A program made the position numbers and the translations under genes. Shown here piece by piece: positions 9,704 through 19,373 of a stretch of 64,000 bases of DNA. The first letter of the stretch is position 1; each line of letters starts with the position of its first letter. Source of the stretch: an uncultured Alphaproteobacteria bacterium (GTDB lineage: Bacteria > Pseudomonadota > Alphaproteobacteria > Rs-D84). The stretch spans positions 85,026 through 149,025 of the forward strand of contig CAMHTQ010000001.1 of NCBI GenBank assembly GCA_946188105.1. The letters are read 5' to 3'. The notes under the pieces are model-generated. The model searched no databases. It was not told the origin of the DNA and was given only the letters and a program-made list of their open reading frames with translations.

Positions 9704-11026
9704 TTAGCGGTTGTGCCCTAATCTGCGTTTTGCCATTTCTTTCGCAGTTTCATAAGCGCGATTAGAATATTCTTCTTGGATACTATCCAAAGCCGCAACT
9801 TCGGATTTTTTCTGTTCCAAAAATTCAATACGATCGGCACGTTCACCATTTGGATCTGGCACTTTATCCAACCTAGTTGCATGTGCCACATATTCATATT
9901 CTTTTACACTGATGTGCACACCCATATTTGCACCTGCGGATGCATCAAACGAATTATCGCCAGATTTTGCATCTTCTACACCCCAGTAACACATTTCAGT
10001 TTTGTAATCTACATTATGGTCAAACACAGGTGTCTTTTCGATTTTGCCTTTCAAAGTTCTGACAACTTGCCATTTGCCCTTTGAAACACGGACCAATTTA
10101 TATTTAGCACCTGGAACGTTAAAGAATTCTGGTTTCAATTTAGAATCATAAACGTCCACATATTTTACAATTGCAAAACTGGTTGGTATAACATTATATT
10201 CTCCATAAGAATACCAAGCATCCCCTTCGGCTCTTTGCATTGCTGGTTCATATGTATCAAAATATTTTCTGTATTGTTTTGGAACTCTATCCAAATCTAA
10301 TACAGGATAATAATCAGCAAATTGTTTAGCAACAGCAATTCTGTTGGCCTTTAACGCAGACATCATTTTAGCATATTGCTTTTCGATTATCTGAACAATT
10401 TCTGCCCTGCGTTTTGCACCGTATTGTGCGGTATCAGCACCATACAAAACATCATTTACAAAATAATTTTGATTCTCTATAAAATCATCCGAAGAAAATC
10501 CATACACTGTATCGCCTGCCTCTTGACCATAAAAATCCAAAAAGCAACCATAATGTACACCTTCTTCGAAAGGTTCGCCAGATAGCATTTTTTTTATTCT
10601 TGTATCTGGATCAATACCTAAACGATATGTAGCCAAAGAAGAATACAATTCTTTTAAATGCTTTTCTGCTATTGGTTTTGCAGAACTAATAACACGTTGA
10701 TGCAAAACATCAGCCATAGAAACATTGTTCAAAGAATCTAATTCTTGACGTGTTCCCATACCACGACCATATTCAAAATCATTACAAAAAACACCTGCCT
10801 GTTTTGCACTCATATCAGAAACAGTATTTGGCACATTCATCAATGAATCATAAATAATTGTAGCCAAATGCTCTTCTTGTTTTTCGGCAGCCTGAACCGC
10901 AGCAACACTATCACGATATTGCTGATCTTCGCGTTCTTCTCTCTTTTCTTTGGATTCACAAGATGACAAAGCCATCAACGCGCTGATTCCAGTAACGAAA
11001 AGTAACTTTTTACCAATTTTTTTCAT
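9704..11026 (-). CDS. Hypothetical lipoprotein (~440 aa)
   Basis: Start at MKKIGKKLLFVTGISALMALSSC (lipobox LSSC). No further domain recognised. Confidence 0.55.
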   Translation of the reverse strand: MKKIGKKLLFVTGISALMALSSCESKEKREEREDQQYRDSVAAVQAAEKQEEHLATIIYDSLMNVPNTVSDMSAKQAGVFCNDFEYGRGMGTRQELDSLNNVSMADVLHQRVISSAKPIAEKHLKELYSSLATYRLGIDPDTRIKKMLSGEPFEEGVHYGCFLDFYGQEAGDTVYGFSSDDFIENQNYFVNDVLYGADTAQYGAKRRAEIVQIIEKQYAKMMSALKANRIAVAKQFADYYPVLDLDRVPKQYRKYFDTYEPAMQRAEGDAWYSYGEYNVIPTSFAIVKYVDVYDSKLKPEFFNVPGAKYKLVRVSKGKWQVVRTLKGKIEKTPVFDHNVDYKTEMCYWGVEDAKSGDNSFDASAGANMGVHISVKEYEYVAHATRLDKVPDPNGERADRIEFLEQKKSEVAALDSIQEEYSNRAYETAKEMAKRRLGHNR

Positions 11027-11101
11027 GTCTATAAACTCCTGTTTTGTATCAAGACAAGATAAATATAACACTAAAAATTAAATTGTCAATATATAATTTA
11101 T

Positions 11102-11134
11102 AAAAAAATCCTGCACACTCACAGGATTTTTTAT
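11102..11134. terminator. Bidirectional terminator
   Basis: ATCCTG-CACACTCA-CAGGAT hairpin with flanking A and T runs. Confidence 0.6.
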
Positions 11135-11800
11135 TTAACGCACAATAGATGGCTTTTTGATTAATCTTATATCTTCTGTTCTGCGCTTCAACAAATTCAA
11201 CAGTCGGGTTGGACATTCACCTGTTACACGCGGATGCAATTCGTGCAAGTTCTTGTTCACAACAAACTGATGATCTTTAATTGGTGCCACCCAAACATTT
11301 TCTGCATCATATTTTTTTACATACAGTGGTGTTTCAGGTTTTACTGCTGATTCATTATGTGGCATATATGGTTTACCATCAAATATATAATTTGGGTTTT
11401 CAACATAAATATTTTTGAAATCCGTATTTAACACATCACGAATATTTGAAGTATATGTCAATTTATCTGTTTTATTAAACACAAAATAAAAAACATCTTT
11501 ATTTTCACCAAAACACTCTATTCTGCGACCTGGCAAAAACACATAAACACAACGTCTGAGTGCCACTTGATATGCCTGTCTGACATACGGAGTATTTAAA
11601 TCTTTCAAATTATTACAGAATTTTTGGCATGCATTTACCAAATCATCTATTTTTTTCAATTCTATATCATCTTTGAGTGCCCAAGAATCAATACTATCAA
11701 CATTCTTGGCACAGGTAATATAATCAACCACCGCAGAACCTGATTCCGACTTTAAATCTCCAGATTCAATCCAAAAATAAGGACGAGTTACAATATCCAT
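11135..11800 (-). CDS. Hypothetical protein (221 aa)
   Basis: ORF only; no recognised motif. Confidence 0.45.
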   Translation of the reverse strand: MDIVTRPYFWIESGDLKSESGSAVVDYITCAKNVDSIDSWALKDDIELKKIDDLVNACQKFCNNLKDLNTPYVRQAYQVALRRCVYVFLPGRRIECFGENKDVFYFVFNKTDKLTYTSNIRDVLNTDFKNIYVENPNYIFDGKPYMPHNESAVKPETPLYVKKYDAENVWVAPIKDHQFVVNKNLHELHPRVTGECPTRLLNLLKRRTEDIRLIKKPSIVR

Positions 11801-11890
11801 TTTATACCCTCTGCTTTACTGTATAACGACCAAAGCATTGCAGAAATTTCGATATTGTCAATTATTTATAATTAACCTATACAAAAACTC

Positions 11891-11981
11891 TGGCGGAGAT
11901 AGGGGGATTCGAACCCTCGATACAGTTTCCTGTATACACGATTTCGAGTCGTGCGCATTCAACCAGCTCTGCCATATCTCC
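11891..11981 (-). tRNA. tRNA-Ser (anticodon CGA), 91 nt with long variable arm
   Basis: Reverse complement folds as GGAGATA acceptor, anticodon stem CACGA/TCGTG with loop CTCGAAA, variable arm TATACAGGAAACTGTATC, T-arm GAGGGTTCGAATCCCCC, then G-CCA. Confidence 0.85.
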
Positions 11982-12022
11982 GTATGGGGTGATTATATAT
12001 ATTTTATTATCAAATTCAACAA

Positions 12023-13171
12023 TTAAACATCAAAATTGTAATTTTTAACAGATTTCACAATTGCACGCACCAATTTATTCTGGTGTGCATCAGACTTTAA
12101 CAACTTTTCCTCTTTGGCATTCGACAAATGTCCCAATTCTATCAAGGCACCCGGAACCGTTGAACGCAACACCGCAAATGGCGCATGACGAATACTGGGG
12201 CCTGGCAATCTATCTATACTGGCACTGTCCATTGCACTGGCACAATCAGACGCATATTCTTCGGACAATTCCGCAACCGCACGTTGTTGCAAAGACGACA
12301 AAGCCACACGAATTTCTTTGGAAAATTCAGAAAATCCTGTAACGCCAATTTTATCCACCGCATTTTCGGTTTCTGCCAATTTTTGTGCCTCTTCGTCAGA
12401 TGCTTTTTCAGACAATGTATAAACCGAATAACCACGTGTTTCACGACTGGGGTTTGCATTTGCATGCAACGACAAAAATAAATCCGCATGCCGCTTTTCA
12501 GCAATCTCTGCCCTGTCTGCCAATTTCAAAAATGTATCATCACTGCGTGTTAAATATGTTTTGAATCCGATTGCATCTAATTCTTTCTTTAACTTTCTGG
12601 CCACAGATAAAACAACAACCTTTTCTTTTGTTCCATCCTTGCCTATGCACCCAGGGTCCTTGCCACCATGTCCCGCATCAATAACAACAACATATTTTTT
12701 TGTTTGTGTTTTTGTCGCAGCCGCAGTACCTGTTTCAGCACCACCACCCCCAGATCCTGCAACAAAATCAAACACCAATCTGTATTCATTATCACCATTG
12801 GGCGACAAAATCATTACTTGTGATCTGTCGATTGGGGCAATATTGCGTTTCAAATCAACCACGACATTTAATTTGTCTCCAATTTGAATCTGGTTCACAT
12901 TTTTAACCAATGTACCACTTGCCAATTTTGGACTCTCCCCCCCTGCCGCAGTATTTGATAAAGATATTACCATTTGATTCTGGGGATACGAAATATCATA
13001 CGATGGACGAGCCGACGTTTCGATAACCAAACGCGTTTTTCCATTTGGTTGATTTCCTGTTCTTAATGACAACACAGAATTACGGCCAGCAAAAGCCACA
13101 CGCGGTAACATAGTTATCGCAGCAACACTAAATCCAGACACCTTTAAAACAGTCCGTCTCGATACTTTCAT
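12023..13171 (-). CDS. N-acetylmuramoyl-L-alanine amidase (Amidase_3, AmiC-like) with Tat signal peptide
   Basis: Tat motif MKVSRRTVLKVSGFSVAAITMLPRVAFA. Catalytic region VVIDAGHGGKDPG...DLFLSLHANA. Confidence 0.8.
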   Translation of the reverse strand: MKVSRRTVLKVSGFSVAAITMLPRVAFAGRNSVLSLRTGNQPNGKTRLVIETSARPSYDISYPQNQMVISLSNTAAGGESPKLASGTLVKNVNQIQIGDKLNVVVDLKRNIAPIDRSQVMILSPNGDNEYRLVFDFVAGSGGGGAETGTAAATKTQTKKYVVVIDAGHGGKDPGCIGKDGTKEKVVVLSVARKLKKELDAIGFKTYLTRSDDTFLKLADRAEIAEKRHADLFLSLHANANPSRETRGYSVYTLSEKASDEEAQKLAETENAVDKIGVTGFSEFSKEIRVALSSLQQRAVAELSEEYASDCASAMDSASIDRLPGPSIRHAPFAVLRSTVPGALIELGHLSNAKEEKLLKSDAHQNKLVRAIVKSVKNYNFDV

Positions 13172-13220
13172 AACAGCATTATTATACCAAATTTTAGTGT
13201 AAAAAACAAGCAAACACATA

Positions 13221-13254
13221 AAAAAATACCGCCAAAATTGGCGGTATTTTTTAA
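13221..13254. terminator. Terminator after the 13265 gene
   Basis: ATACCGCC-AAAATT-GGCGGTAT hairpin followed by TTTTTTAA. Confidence 0.65.
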
Positions 13255-13264
13255 ACCTGAAATA

Positions 13265-14527
13265 TTACTTTCTGCAATGCGAGAATTGGGATGCAACCAT
13301 TGTTGTTTCCTCATTCGTCAATGTTGCAACCGGCACTATAAAGCAACGGGTGGCATCACGAATAATAAACACCTTGGTTCCTTTTTTATATCCTTCTTGC
13401 ATTTGTGATATTTGTGAACTGGTTAAAAATGCATTCTGGGTCAAAGGCGAATTTGACATTGCCGCATTAACAACCTGGACAGCAGTATTTTGATCATATA
13501 TGTCTGAATTAGACAATACATCCATCCAAAACGCAGAATATGTTCCTGGCTGTAACGCATTTGATGCAACCGTTGCAGCATCAGGGAATTTTGCATCTGT
13601 CAATAATGATGCCGCAATCAACATTCCCGCAGTTCCTGTTGTTGATACAGTTGCAGCACTAGGAGCGATTTGCATATTATCACCGCATGCCAAATTCATA
13701 CGATTGACATAACCAGCCAAAACATTATCCACAGCAGACTGCCAATCTGCACCCTTGCTATTCATGTCCAAGCCAACAATTTTTTCAGCCCATCCCCAAA
13801 CATTTGCACCAACATTTCCAGCATTCACAAATCTGGATACCATTTCCGCAGAACCGCCAGGCACCCCAGAACCACAATAATCTGTCAATTGTGATGTCAA
13901 TTTACTGGTTGTGTTATTTCCATATGCCAAAGCGACAGAATGACATGCCATTGCCGCCTCGGTTTCTTGACGTCTTTGTATGCACAAATTGGAATGTGAT
14001 TTAGACAATTTGTCCGCCATATTAGACATAGACAAGAACGACATAACCGTTGATGTTAAATATCTGGGGCACAAATTCGCAGGTGTGTTCATAGCATTTG
14101 TATTATACTTGCTGTTTGCACCATATTGTGGCAACAACTGGGAATAATCTTTTTGCAAACACAACAAGCCATAATTATACAATTCACTTTCCGTAGTGTT
14201 TGCACAACGACCCTGGACAATTCCAGCCGTCACAGTTGTTCCATCACAAAACTCTGTTAAACACTGCATGATACGTTCACTGCATGCAGTTTCCAAATCC
14301 ATTTGATTAGAAATATAATAGTTTGCAATTTGGTTCTGTTTGTATGTATTTGCAATGCCCTGCATACCACGTTTTGCATTAACATTTGCCTTTTGATTAC
14401 TATTAGAAATCAAAGTACCACCGCGGTTTTCACCCGATCCAGACACCGTTCCCGCAGATACAGCAAAAGCATTATTAAAACCGATACAAATTCCCAAAGC
14501 ACCACACAGTGCGATAATTTTTTTCAT
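13265..14527 (-). CDS. Secreted cysteine-rich hypothetical protein (420 aa)
   Basis: Signal peptide MKKIIALCGALGICIGFNNAFA and ~16 Cys. The N-terminal C-x6-C-x3-EFC motif is shared with the 45424 protein. Confidence 0.55.
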   Translation of the reverse strand: MKKIIALCGALGICIGFNNAFAVSAGTVSGSGENRGGTLISNSNQKANVNAKRGMQGIANTYKQNQIANYYISNQMDLETACSERIMQCLTEFCDGTTVTAGIVQGRCANTTESELYNYGLLCLQKDYSQLLPQYGANSKYNTNAMNTPANLCPRYLTSTVMSFLSMSNMADKLSKSHSNLCIQRRQETEAAMACHSVALAYGNNTTSKLTSQLTDYCGSGVPGGSAEMVSRFVNAGNVGANVWGWAEKIVGLDMNSKGADWQSAVDNVLAGYVNRMNLACGDNMQIAPSAATVSTTGTAGMLIAASLLTDAKFPDAATVASNALQPGTYSAFWMDVLSNSDIYDQNTAVQVVNAAMSNSPLTQNAFLTSSQISQMQEGYKKGTKVFIIRDATRCFIVPVATLTNEETTMVASQFSHCRK

Positions 14528-14625
14528 GTTTCAGGCCTCTCTCACTTCAGATAAAGTTTATCATATTTTTAATGTGATTGCAATTATTTATTGATTTGCA
14601 ATATAAACTTGTTATCATAAAAAGT

Positions 14626-15700
14626 ATGATTACACAAAATGAAATCTTGTCCCAAATTCAAAACGACATTGTTTCGTTAAGGGGGTTTCTTTGACCCTGA
14701 AAAAATCAAATCAGAAATCGACGAGTTGAGCAAAAAAACGAACGATGATGATTTGTGGAACGACCCCGAGACCGCAAAAAAATTATTGCAAAAAAAATCA
14801 AACCTAGAAAAAACATTGGCCGATTTTGAATCTTTGGAATCAGATTACCAAAACCTGAACGATTTATATCAAATTGCTCCCCAAGATACCGATGTTTTAA
14901 ATGCGATTGAAAATTTAGCCAAACGCACATCTCAGGCAAAATTCGTAACATTGTTCCATGGGCCAACTGACAACAATGGTGCTTTTTTATTTATCCAGGC
15001 CGGTGCCGGCGGAACCGAGGCACAAGATTGGGCTGAAATGTTGACCAGAATGTACAGCCGATGGATTGAACGTCATGGATTTTCTGCGGAAATCGTTGAC
15101 GAACACCCTGGTGACGTTGCCGGTATAAAAAGTATCACTTTCAAAATAGACGGTGAAAAAGCATACGGTTGGTTAAAATCTGAAATTGGGGTTCATCGTT
15201 TGGTTCGCATATCACCTTTTAATGCCAACGGGAAACGTCAAACCAGTTTTGCATCTGTGGATGTTTGGCCTGACATTGATGACAATATTGAAATCGAAAT
15301 AAACGAAAAAGATTTACGCATTGATACATATCGTTCATCTGGGGCTGGGGGGCAACACGTTAACAAAACCGACAGTGCTGTACGCATTACCCATATTCCA
15401 ACAAATACAGTGGTTACATGTCAAAATGAACGCAGCCAATTCCAAAACAAAGATATGGCTATGAAAATTTTACGCAGTCGCCTGTATGAACTGGAATTAA
15501 AAAAGCGCGAGGCAATCGATGCCGCGGCCAAGGCAAATCAAAAGAAAATTGAATGGGGCAGCCAAATCAGAAATTATGTTTTATACCCATATCAATTGGT
15601 CAAAGATGTTCGCACAAATGTTGAAACAAACGATTCAAATGCAGTATTGGATGGCGACCTGGACGAATTTATGTTGGCATATTTACAACAATCTGAATAA
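14626..15700 (+). CDS. prfB: Peptide chain release factor 2, requiring programmed +1 ribosomal frameshift at 14689-14695
   Basis: Frame 1: ATG 14626, MITQNEILSQIQNDIVSLRGFL, then in-frame TGA at 14692. The +1 frame continues DPEKIKSEIDELS...SPF..GKRQTS...GGQHVNKTDSAVRITH (GGQ motif). The shift site AGGGGG-TTT-CTT-TGA-C is the canonical RF2 autoregulatory site. Confidence 0.9.
14680..14695 (+). promoter_or_regulatory. RF2 +1 frameshift cassette (internal SD + CUU UGA C)
   Basis: AAGGGGGTTTCTTTGAC; SD-like AGGGGG 3 nt upstream of CTT, and a weak UGA-C stop context. Confidence 0.85.
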
Positions 15701-15717
15701 ATCCAAAAGGATTATAT

Positions 15718-16527
15718 ATGCAAGACGCTGATTATTACATTGACCTAATAAAACACCAGGCCAACAAGCCAACATCTGTAAAACCAGTAAAAAAGATTTT
15801 AAACCAGGAAATCACTCAATCATCTTTGTTTCTTGCAGAAGAACTGGGAATAAAATACATTTACAAAATTTCTGATCCAAAAACGGCATTACACACATTA
15901 ATGTTATCACAACTGTTATTAAAAAATGGCATTACAGTTCCAGATTCCAAGATTTTTATTGTATCCGGTCAATATTTTGAAAAATATGAAATTTTGGATG
16001 GAACGCCTGCATCATCAATGTTGGCATATAATTTATTATCTCATAATGAAATATGTAAATTATTACGTCAGGCATTTACCGTTGATAAAAAAATCTCAGA
16101 AATAAATACTGATTCTATAAAATTCAAATCAGAACTGAATCTGTGGGACAGACGCAAACATCATCATAAAAAACGATATGGCAAAATGATTGCTAATGCA
16201 TATTACCTGCCAAACAAAAAACGTATGACACGTGGCCATGTTGCATTACACCATTTTGATTTAAATCCATCAAATATTTTACTGGATGATAAAAATAATA
16301 TTTCCGCAATTCTGGATTTGGATTCTTTGGCGATATGTAATGAATACTCTGTTTTATTACAAACATCTTTATTTTGGCCAAATATACCAATCAACGAAAT
16401 TGCAGAAATTTATCAATCTGTATTCAATTATGATATAGATATGGAATATTTGAATAAACTTAAAAAATTTCAACAAACCAAAGACAAGATTAAAAACAAA
16501 TTTAAAAAAGCACTTACTCGTTGTTGA
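15718..16527 (+). CDS. Aminoglycoside/choline-kinase-family phosphotransferase-like protein (APH fold)
   Basis: Brenner motif HVALHHFDLNPSNILLDD (H.D....N) and downstream ILDLDSL (DxD/DFG-like). Confidence 0.5.
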   Translation: MQDADYYIDLIKHQANKPTSVKPVKKILNQEITQSSLFLAEELGIKYIYKISDPKTALHTLMLSQLLLKNGITVPDSKIFIVSGQYFEKYEILDGTPASSMLAYNLLSHNEICKLLRQAFTVDKKISEINTDSIKFKSELNLWDRRKHHHKKRYGKMIANAYYLPNKKRMTRGHVALHHFDLNPSNILLDDKNNISAILDLDSLAICNEYSVLLQTSLFWPNIPINEIAEIYQSVFNYDIDMEYLNKLKKFQQTKDKIKNKFKKALTRC

Positions 16528-17785
16528 TAAATTCCATAACACGTGTATCAAAAATAACATCTTTTGGTCTTAACACCGATGCAATATGCATATCAGACGC
16601 AGTACGTGTTCGTGATAATGCGACATATGTTTGACCATGTGCAAATGCACCACGCGAAATATCAACCACAACTGCATCCAATGTTTTTCCTTGGGCCTTG
16701 TGTATCGTCATTGCATAACCTAAATTCAATGGGAATTGTTTATAAGAGCCGATTTCATGTTCCATTAACCTGTCATTTTCATCCCTGACATATTCTATTT
16801 TTTCCCATTTATCAGGTTTAACCGTAACAATGGTATGCATATTATCCAACAATTCTACCTTTATCGCCTTGGATTCGATTGACACAATATGCCCCATTGA
16901 TCCGTTATGCCACTTGTCACTGTTTTTAACAAAAACGACCAAAGCACCAACTTTTAATGTCAACCTCATTGGTGCAGGAACATCTTTTTCAGAAAACACC
17001 CCGTCCAATTCCCCAACAAAAGTAATTTCAGGTGAATTGATTGCACGCAACCTGCTGGCATTTATATTTTCTGCCATTGCACGATACGGAGTAATTAAAA
17101 CCGCATTATTTCGCCTGTTCACATCTAAAATTTTACAGTTATTAAAAAATTCCAACGCCGTATTATCACCATCACGCAGACGCACCAAGTTGGCCAGCAA
17201 TTCGCCATCATTTTGCCGATAAACCTTGTCAAACCAAAACCGCATAAATTTAGAACGTTTATAAACATGGCTATCAAAGAAATAGGCATTTTCATAACCA
17301 TATTCCCGCTTGTAATATTCTGTTGCATCATTGACTATGACTGGGGGTAATTGGAATAAATCACCAATTGCAACAATTTGGATTCCACCAAACGGTTCAT
17401 TATTCCTGCGTGCCTGACGAGCCAACAAATCCATCGCATCCAATAAATCCGGGGCAACCATAGAAATTTCATCTATGATTAAAATATCCGTCGCCACCAA
17501 AACATTACGCGTTTTTGCCTTTAACTTCAAAAATTCAGGCATAATAAAATCACGTGGTTGAATTTGGAATAAACTGTGTATTGTTTGTCCACCAATATTT
17601 AATGCCGATACAGCCGTAGGACACGCACATACAATTCTTTTTCTGGATGCAGTTTTCAGATAATTTACAAATGTTGATTTTCCTGTTCCAGCCTGACCCA
17701 TAATCAACACATTGCCCTGTGTTTTTTCAATAGTATCAAAGGCCAATTTTTGAACATCACTCAAGATTTGAACCAATTCAGTCAT
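16514..17785 (-). CDS. PIF1/RecD-like SF1 DNA helicase
   Basis: Walker A MGQAGTGKST and Walker B IDEISMV; C-terminal region ..DKWHNGSMGHIVSI..TIHKAQGKT..SRTR. About 420 aa, typical of bacterial PIF1-like helicases. The 3' end overlaps the convergent kinase-like gene by 14 nt. Confidence 0.7.
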   Translation of the reverse strand: MTELVQILSDVQKLAFDTIEKTQGNVLIMGQAGTGKSTFVNYLKTASRKRIVCACPTAVSALNIGGQTIHSLFQIQPRDFIMPEFLKLKAKTRNVLVATDILIIDEISMVAPDLLDAMDLLARQARRNNEPFGGIQIVAIGDLFQLPPVIVNDATEYYKREYGYENAYFFDSHVYKRSKFMRFWFDKVYRQNDGELLANLVRLRDGDNTALEFFNNCKILDVNRRNNAVLITPYRAMAENINASRLRAINSPEITFVGELDGVFSEKDVPAPMRLTLKVGALVVFVKNSDKWHNGSMGHIVSIESKAIKVELLDNMHTIVTVKPDKWEKIEYVRDENDRLMEHEIGSYKQFPLNLGYAMTIHKAQGKTLDAVVVDISRGAFAHGQTYVALSRTRTASDMHIASVLRPKDVIFDTRVMEFINNE

Positions 17786-17876
17786 GGCTCAATTTTGGCA
17801 TATTTATCCATAAAAATAAAGAATTTTAATTTTTTACCTTGCTTAACCAAAAAAAAGGTGTAATAATCCCCCTCGT

Positions 17877-17953
17877 GGGTTAGTAGCTCAGTTGGTTAGA
17901 GCGGAGCGCTCATAACGCTTTGGTCGTGGGTTCGAGTCCTACCTAACCCACCA
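17877..17953 (+). tRNA. tRNA-Met (anticodon CAT); elongator type with G1-C72 (could alternatively be tRNA-Ile2 lysidine)
   Basis: GGGTTAG acceptor, GCTCAGTTGGTTAGAGC D-arm, anticodon loop CTCATAA, T-arm GTGGGTTCGAGTCCTAC, then A-CCA. Confidence 0.85.
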
Positions 17954-17963
17954 CTTAAAAAAA

Positions 17964-17992
17964 ATTCGCACTGAAACGGTGCGTTTTTTTAT
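17964..17992 (+). terminator. Terminator after tRNA-Met
   Basis: CGCACTG-AAAC-GGTGCG hairpin followed by TTTTTTTAT. Confidence 0.6.
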
Positions 17993-18028
17993 TTCTATTT
18001 TTGATATTTATATTATAAAATTATAATC

Positions 18029-19171
18029 ATGAAAAATTACGACATTATCATTATTGGTGCTGGGGCTGCTGGATTATTTGCCGCATCGACTTTAAGCAAA
18101 ACCAACACCGTCTGTGTTATTGATATGGGGGACGAACCCGCCCGCAAAGTTGCCGTATCTGGTGGTGGCAAATGTAACTTCACAAATACAACAGCAGATT
18201 ACACACATTATTTTGGCGAAAACCCCAATTTTGTCCGCAGTGCCCTGACACAATTTACACCAAACGACACACTAAATTGGGTAAAATCTCATAACATCGA
18301 ATTTTCAGAAAAAACACCTGGGCAATATTTCGCGACATCTGCTGCCGACATTGTAACCGCGTTGATGCAAGATGCCAAAAATGCAAAACTGATGCTGAAC
18401 ACAACCGTCAAAGCCATAACAAAAGATGCGGATATATTTTATGTAACAACCACATCAGGCACATTGACCGCGAAAAAATTAGTTGTCGCCACAGGCGGAA
18501 TATCATTTGCACAACTGGGGACCAGCGATTTTGGTTATAAAATCGCAAAACAATTTGGACATAAAATAATTCCACCACGACCTGCCCTGTGTGCAATGGC
18601 AACCAAGATTTTTAAATCCGATTTATCCGGCATATCATTACCTGTTATGATAAAAATCAATCGTGAAACCATAAATGACACAATGCTGTTCACGCATTTT
18701 GGTATTGGTGGACCTGCTATTTATCGCACATCTGTTCGTGATTGTAATAATGGATTTACTATCAATCTTTTACCAGACACAGATGTTTTTGATTGGTTAA
18801 AATCTGAAAAACAAAAAAACGGTAAAAAACAACTTAAAACAATTCTGGGAACCAAGTTGCCAGAACGCGTTGCGGCATTTTTTGCTGAAAATAACACAAA
18901 AAATATCGCTGATTACAAAGATACAGAATTACAAGAAATCACAAATCGACTGACAAAAACAACAATTACACCTGGTTCATTTACAATGCACAATTTTCAA
19001 TCTGCTGAATGCACTCGCGGTGGCGTTGACACATCAAAAATATCATCTAAAACCATGGAATCAAAACTGTGTCCTAACCTATATTTCATTGGCGAGGTTT
19101 TGGATATCGCGGGTGATTTGGGTGGATATAATTTACAATGGGCATGGTCATCAGCAATGGCTATAAAATAA
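18029..19171 (+). CDS. HI0933/BaiN-family FAD-dependent flavoprotein
   Basis: N-terminal MKNYDIIIIGAGAAGLFAA FAD fold and GGGKCNFTN motif typical of the HI0933 family. Confidence 0.75.
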   Translation: MKNYDIIIIGAGAAGLFAASTLSKTNTVCVIDMGDEPARKVAVSGGGKCNFTNTTADYTHYFGENPNFVRSALTQFTPNDTLNWVKSHNIEFSEKTPGQYFATSAADIVTALMQDAKNAKLMLNTTVKAITKDADIFYVTTTSGTLTAKKLVVATGGISFAQLGTSDFGYKIAKQFGHKIIPPRPALCAMATKIFKSDLSGISLPVMIKINRETINDTMLFTHFGIGGPAIYRTSVRDCNNGFTINLLPDTDVFDWLKSEKQKNGKKQLKTILGTKLPERVAAFFAENNTKNIADYKDTELQEITNRLTKTTITPGSFTMHNFQSAECTRGGVDTSKISSKTMESKLCPNLYFIGEVLDIAGDLGGYNLQWAWSSAMAIK

Positions 19172-19199
19172 AACCGCCTTTTATGGCGGTTAAATTTTG

Positions 19200-19289
19200 T
19201 GGCGGAGCGTGTAGGATTTGAACCTACGGACCGCTGTAACACGGTCACGGATTAGCAATCCGCTGCATTTACCCCTCTGCCAACGCTCC
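19200..19289 (-). tRNA. tRNA-Ser (anticodon GCT), 90 nt
   Basis: Reverse complement: GGAGCGT acceptor, anticodon stem GCGGA/TCCGT with loop TTGCTAA, long variable arm, T-arm GTAGGTTCAAATCCTAC, then G-CCA. Confidence 0.85.
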
Positions 19290-19373
19290 GGGTTACCCGG
19301 CAATTATAATCACAACAAATAGTAAAAATCAAGTCAAAATATTACAAATTTTGTATGATTAAACTGCCCAGTA

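Noticed and set aside
11838-12026. 62-aa ORF
   Set aside because: Overlaps tRNA-Ser(CGA) on the opposite strand; spurious.
14626-14725. prfB looks disrupted (short upstream ORF ending in TGA, main ORF starting at an internal Met)
   Set aside because: It is the canonical programmed +1 frameshift of RF2, not a pseudogene.
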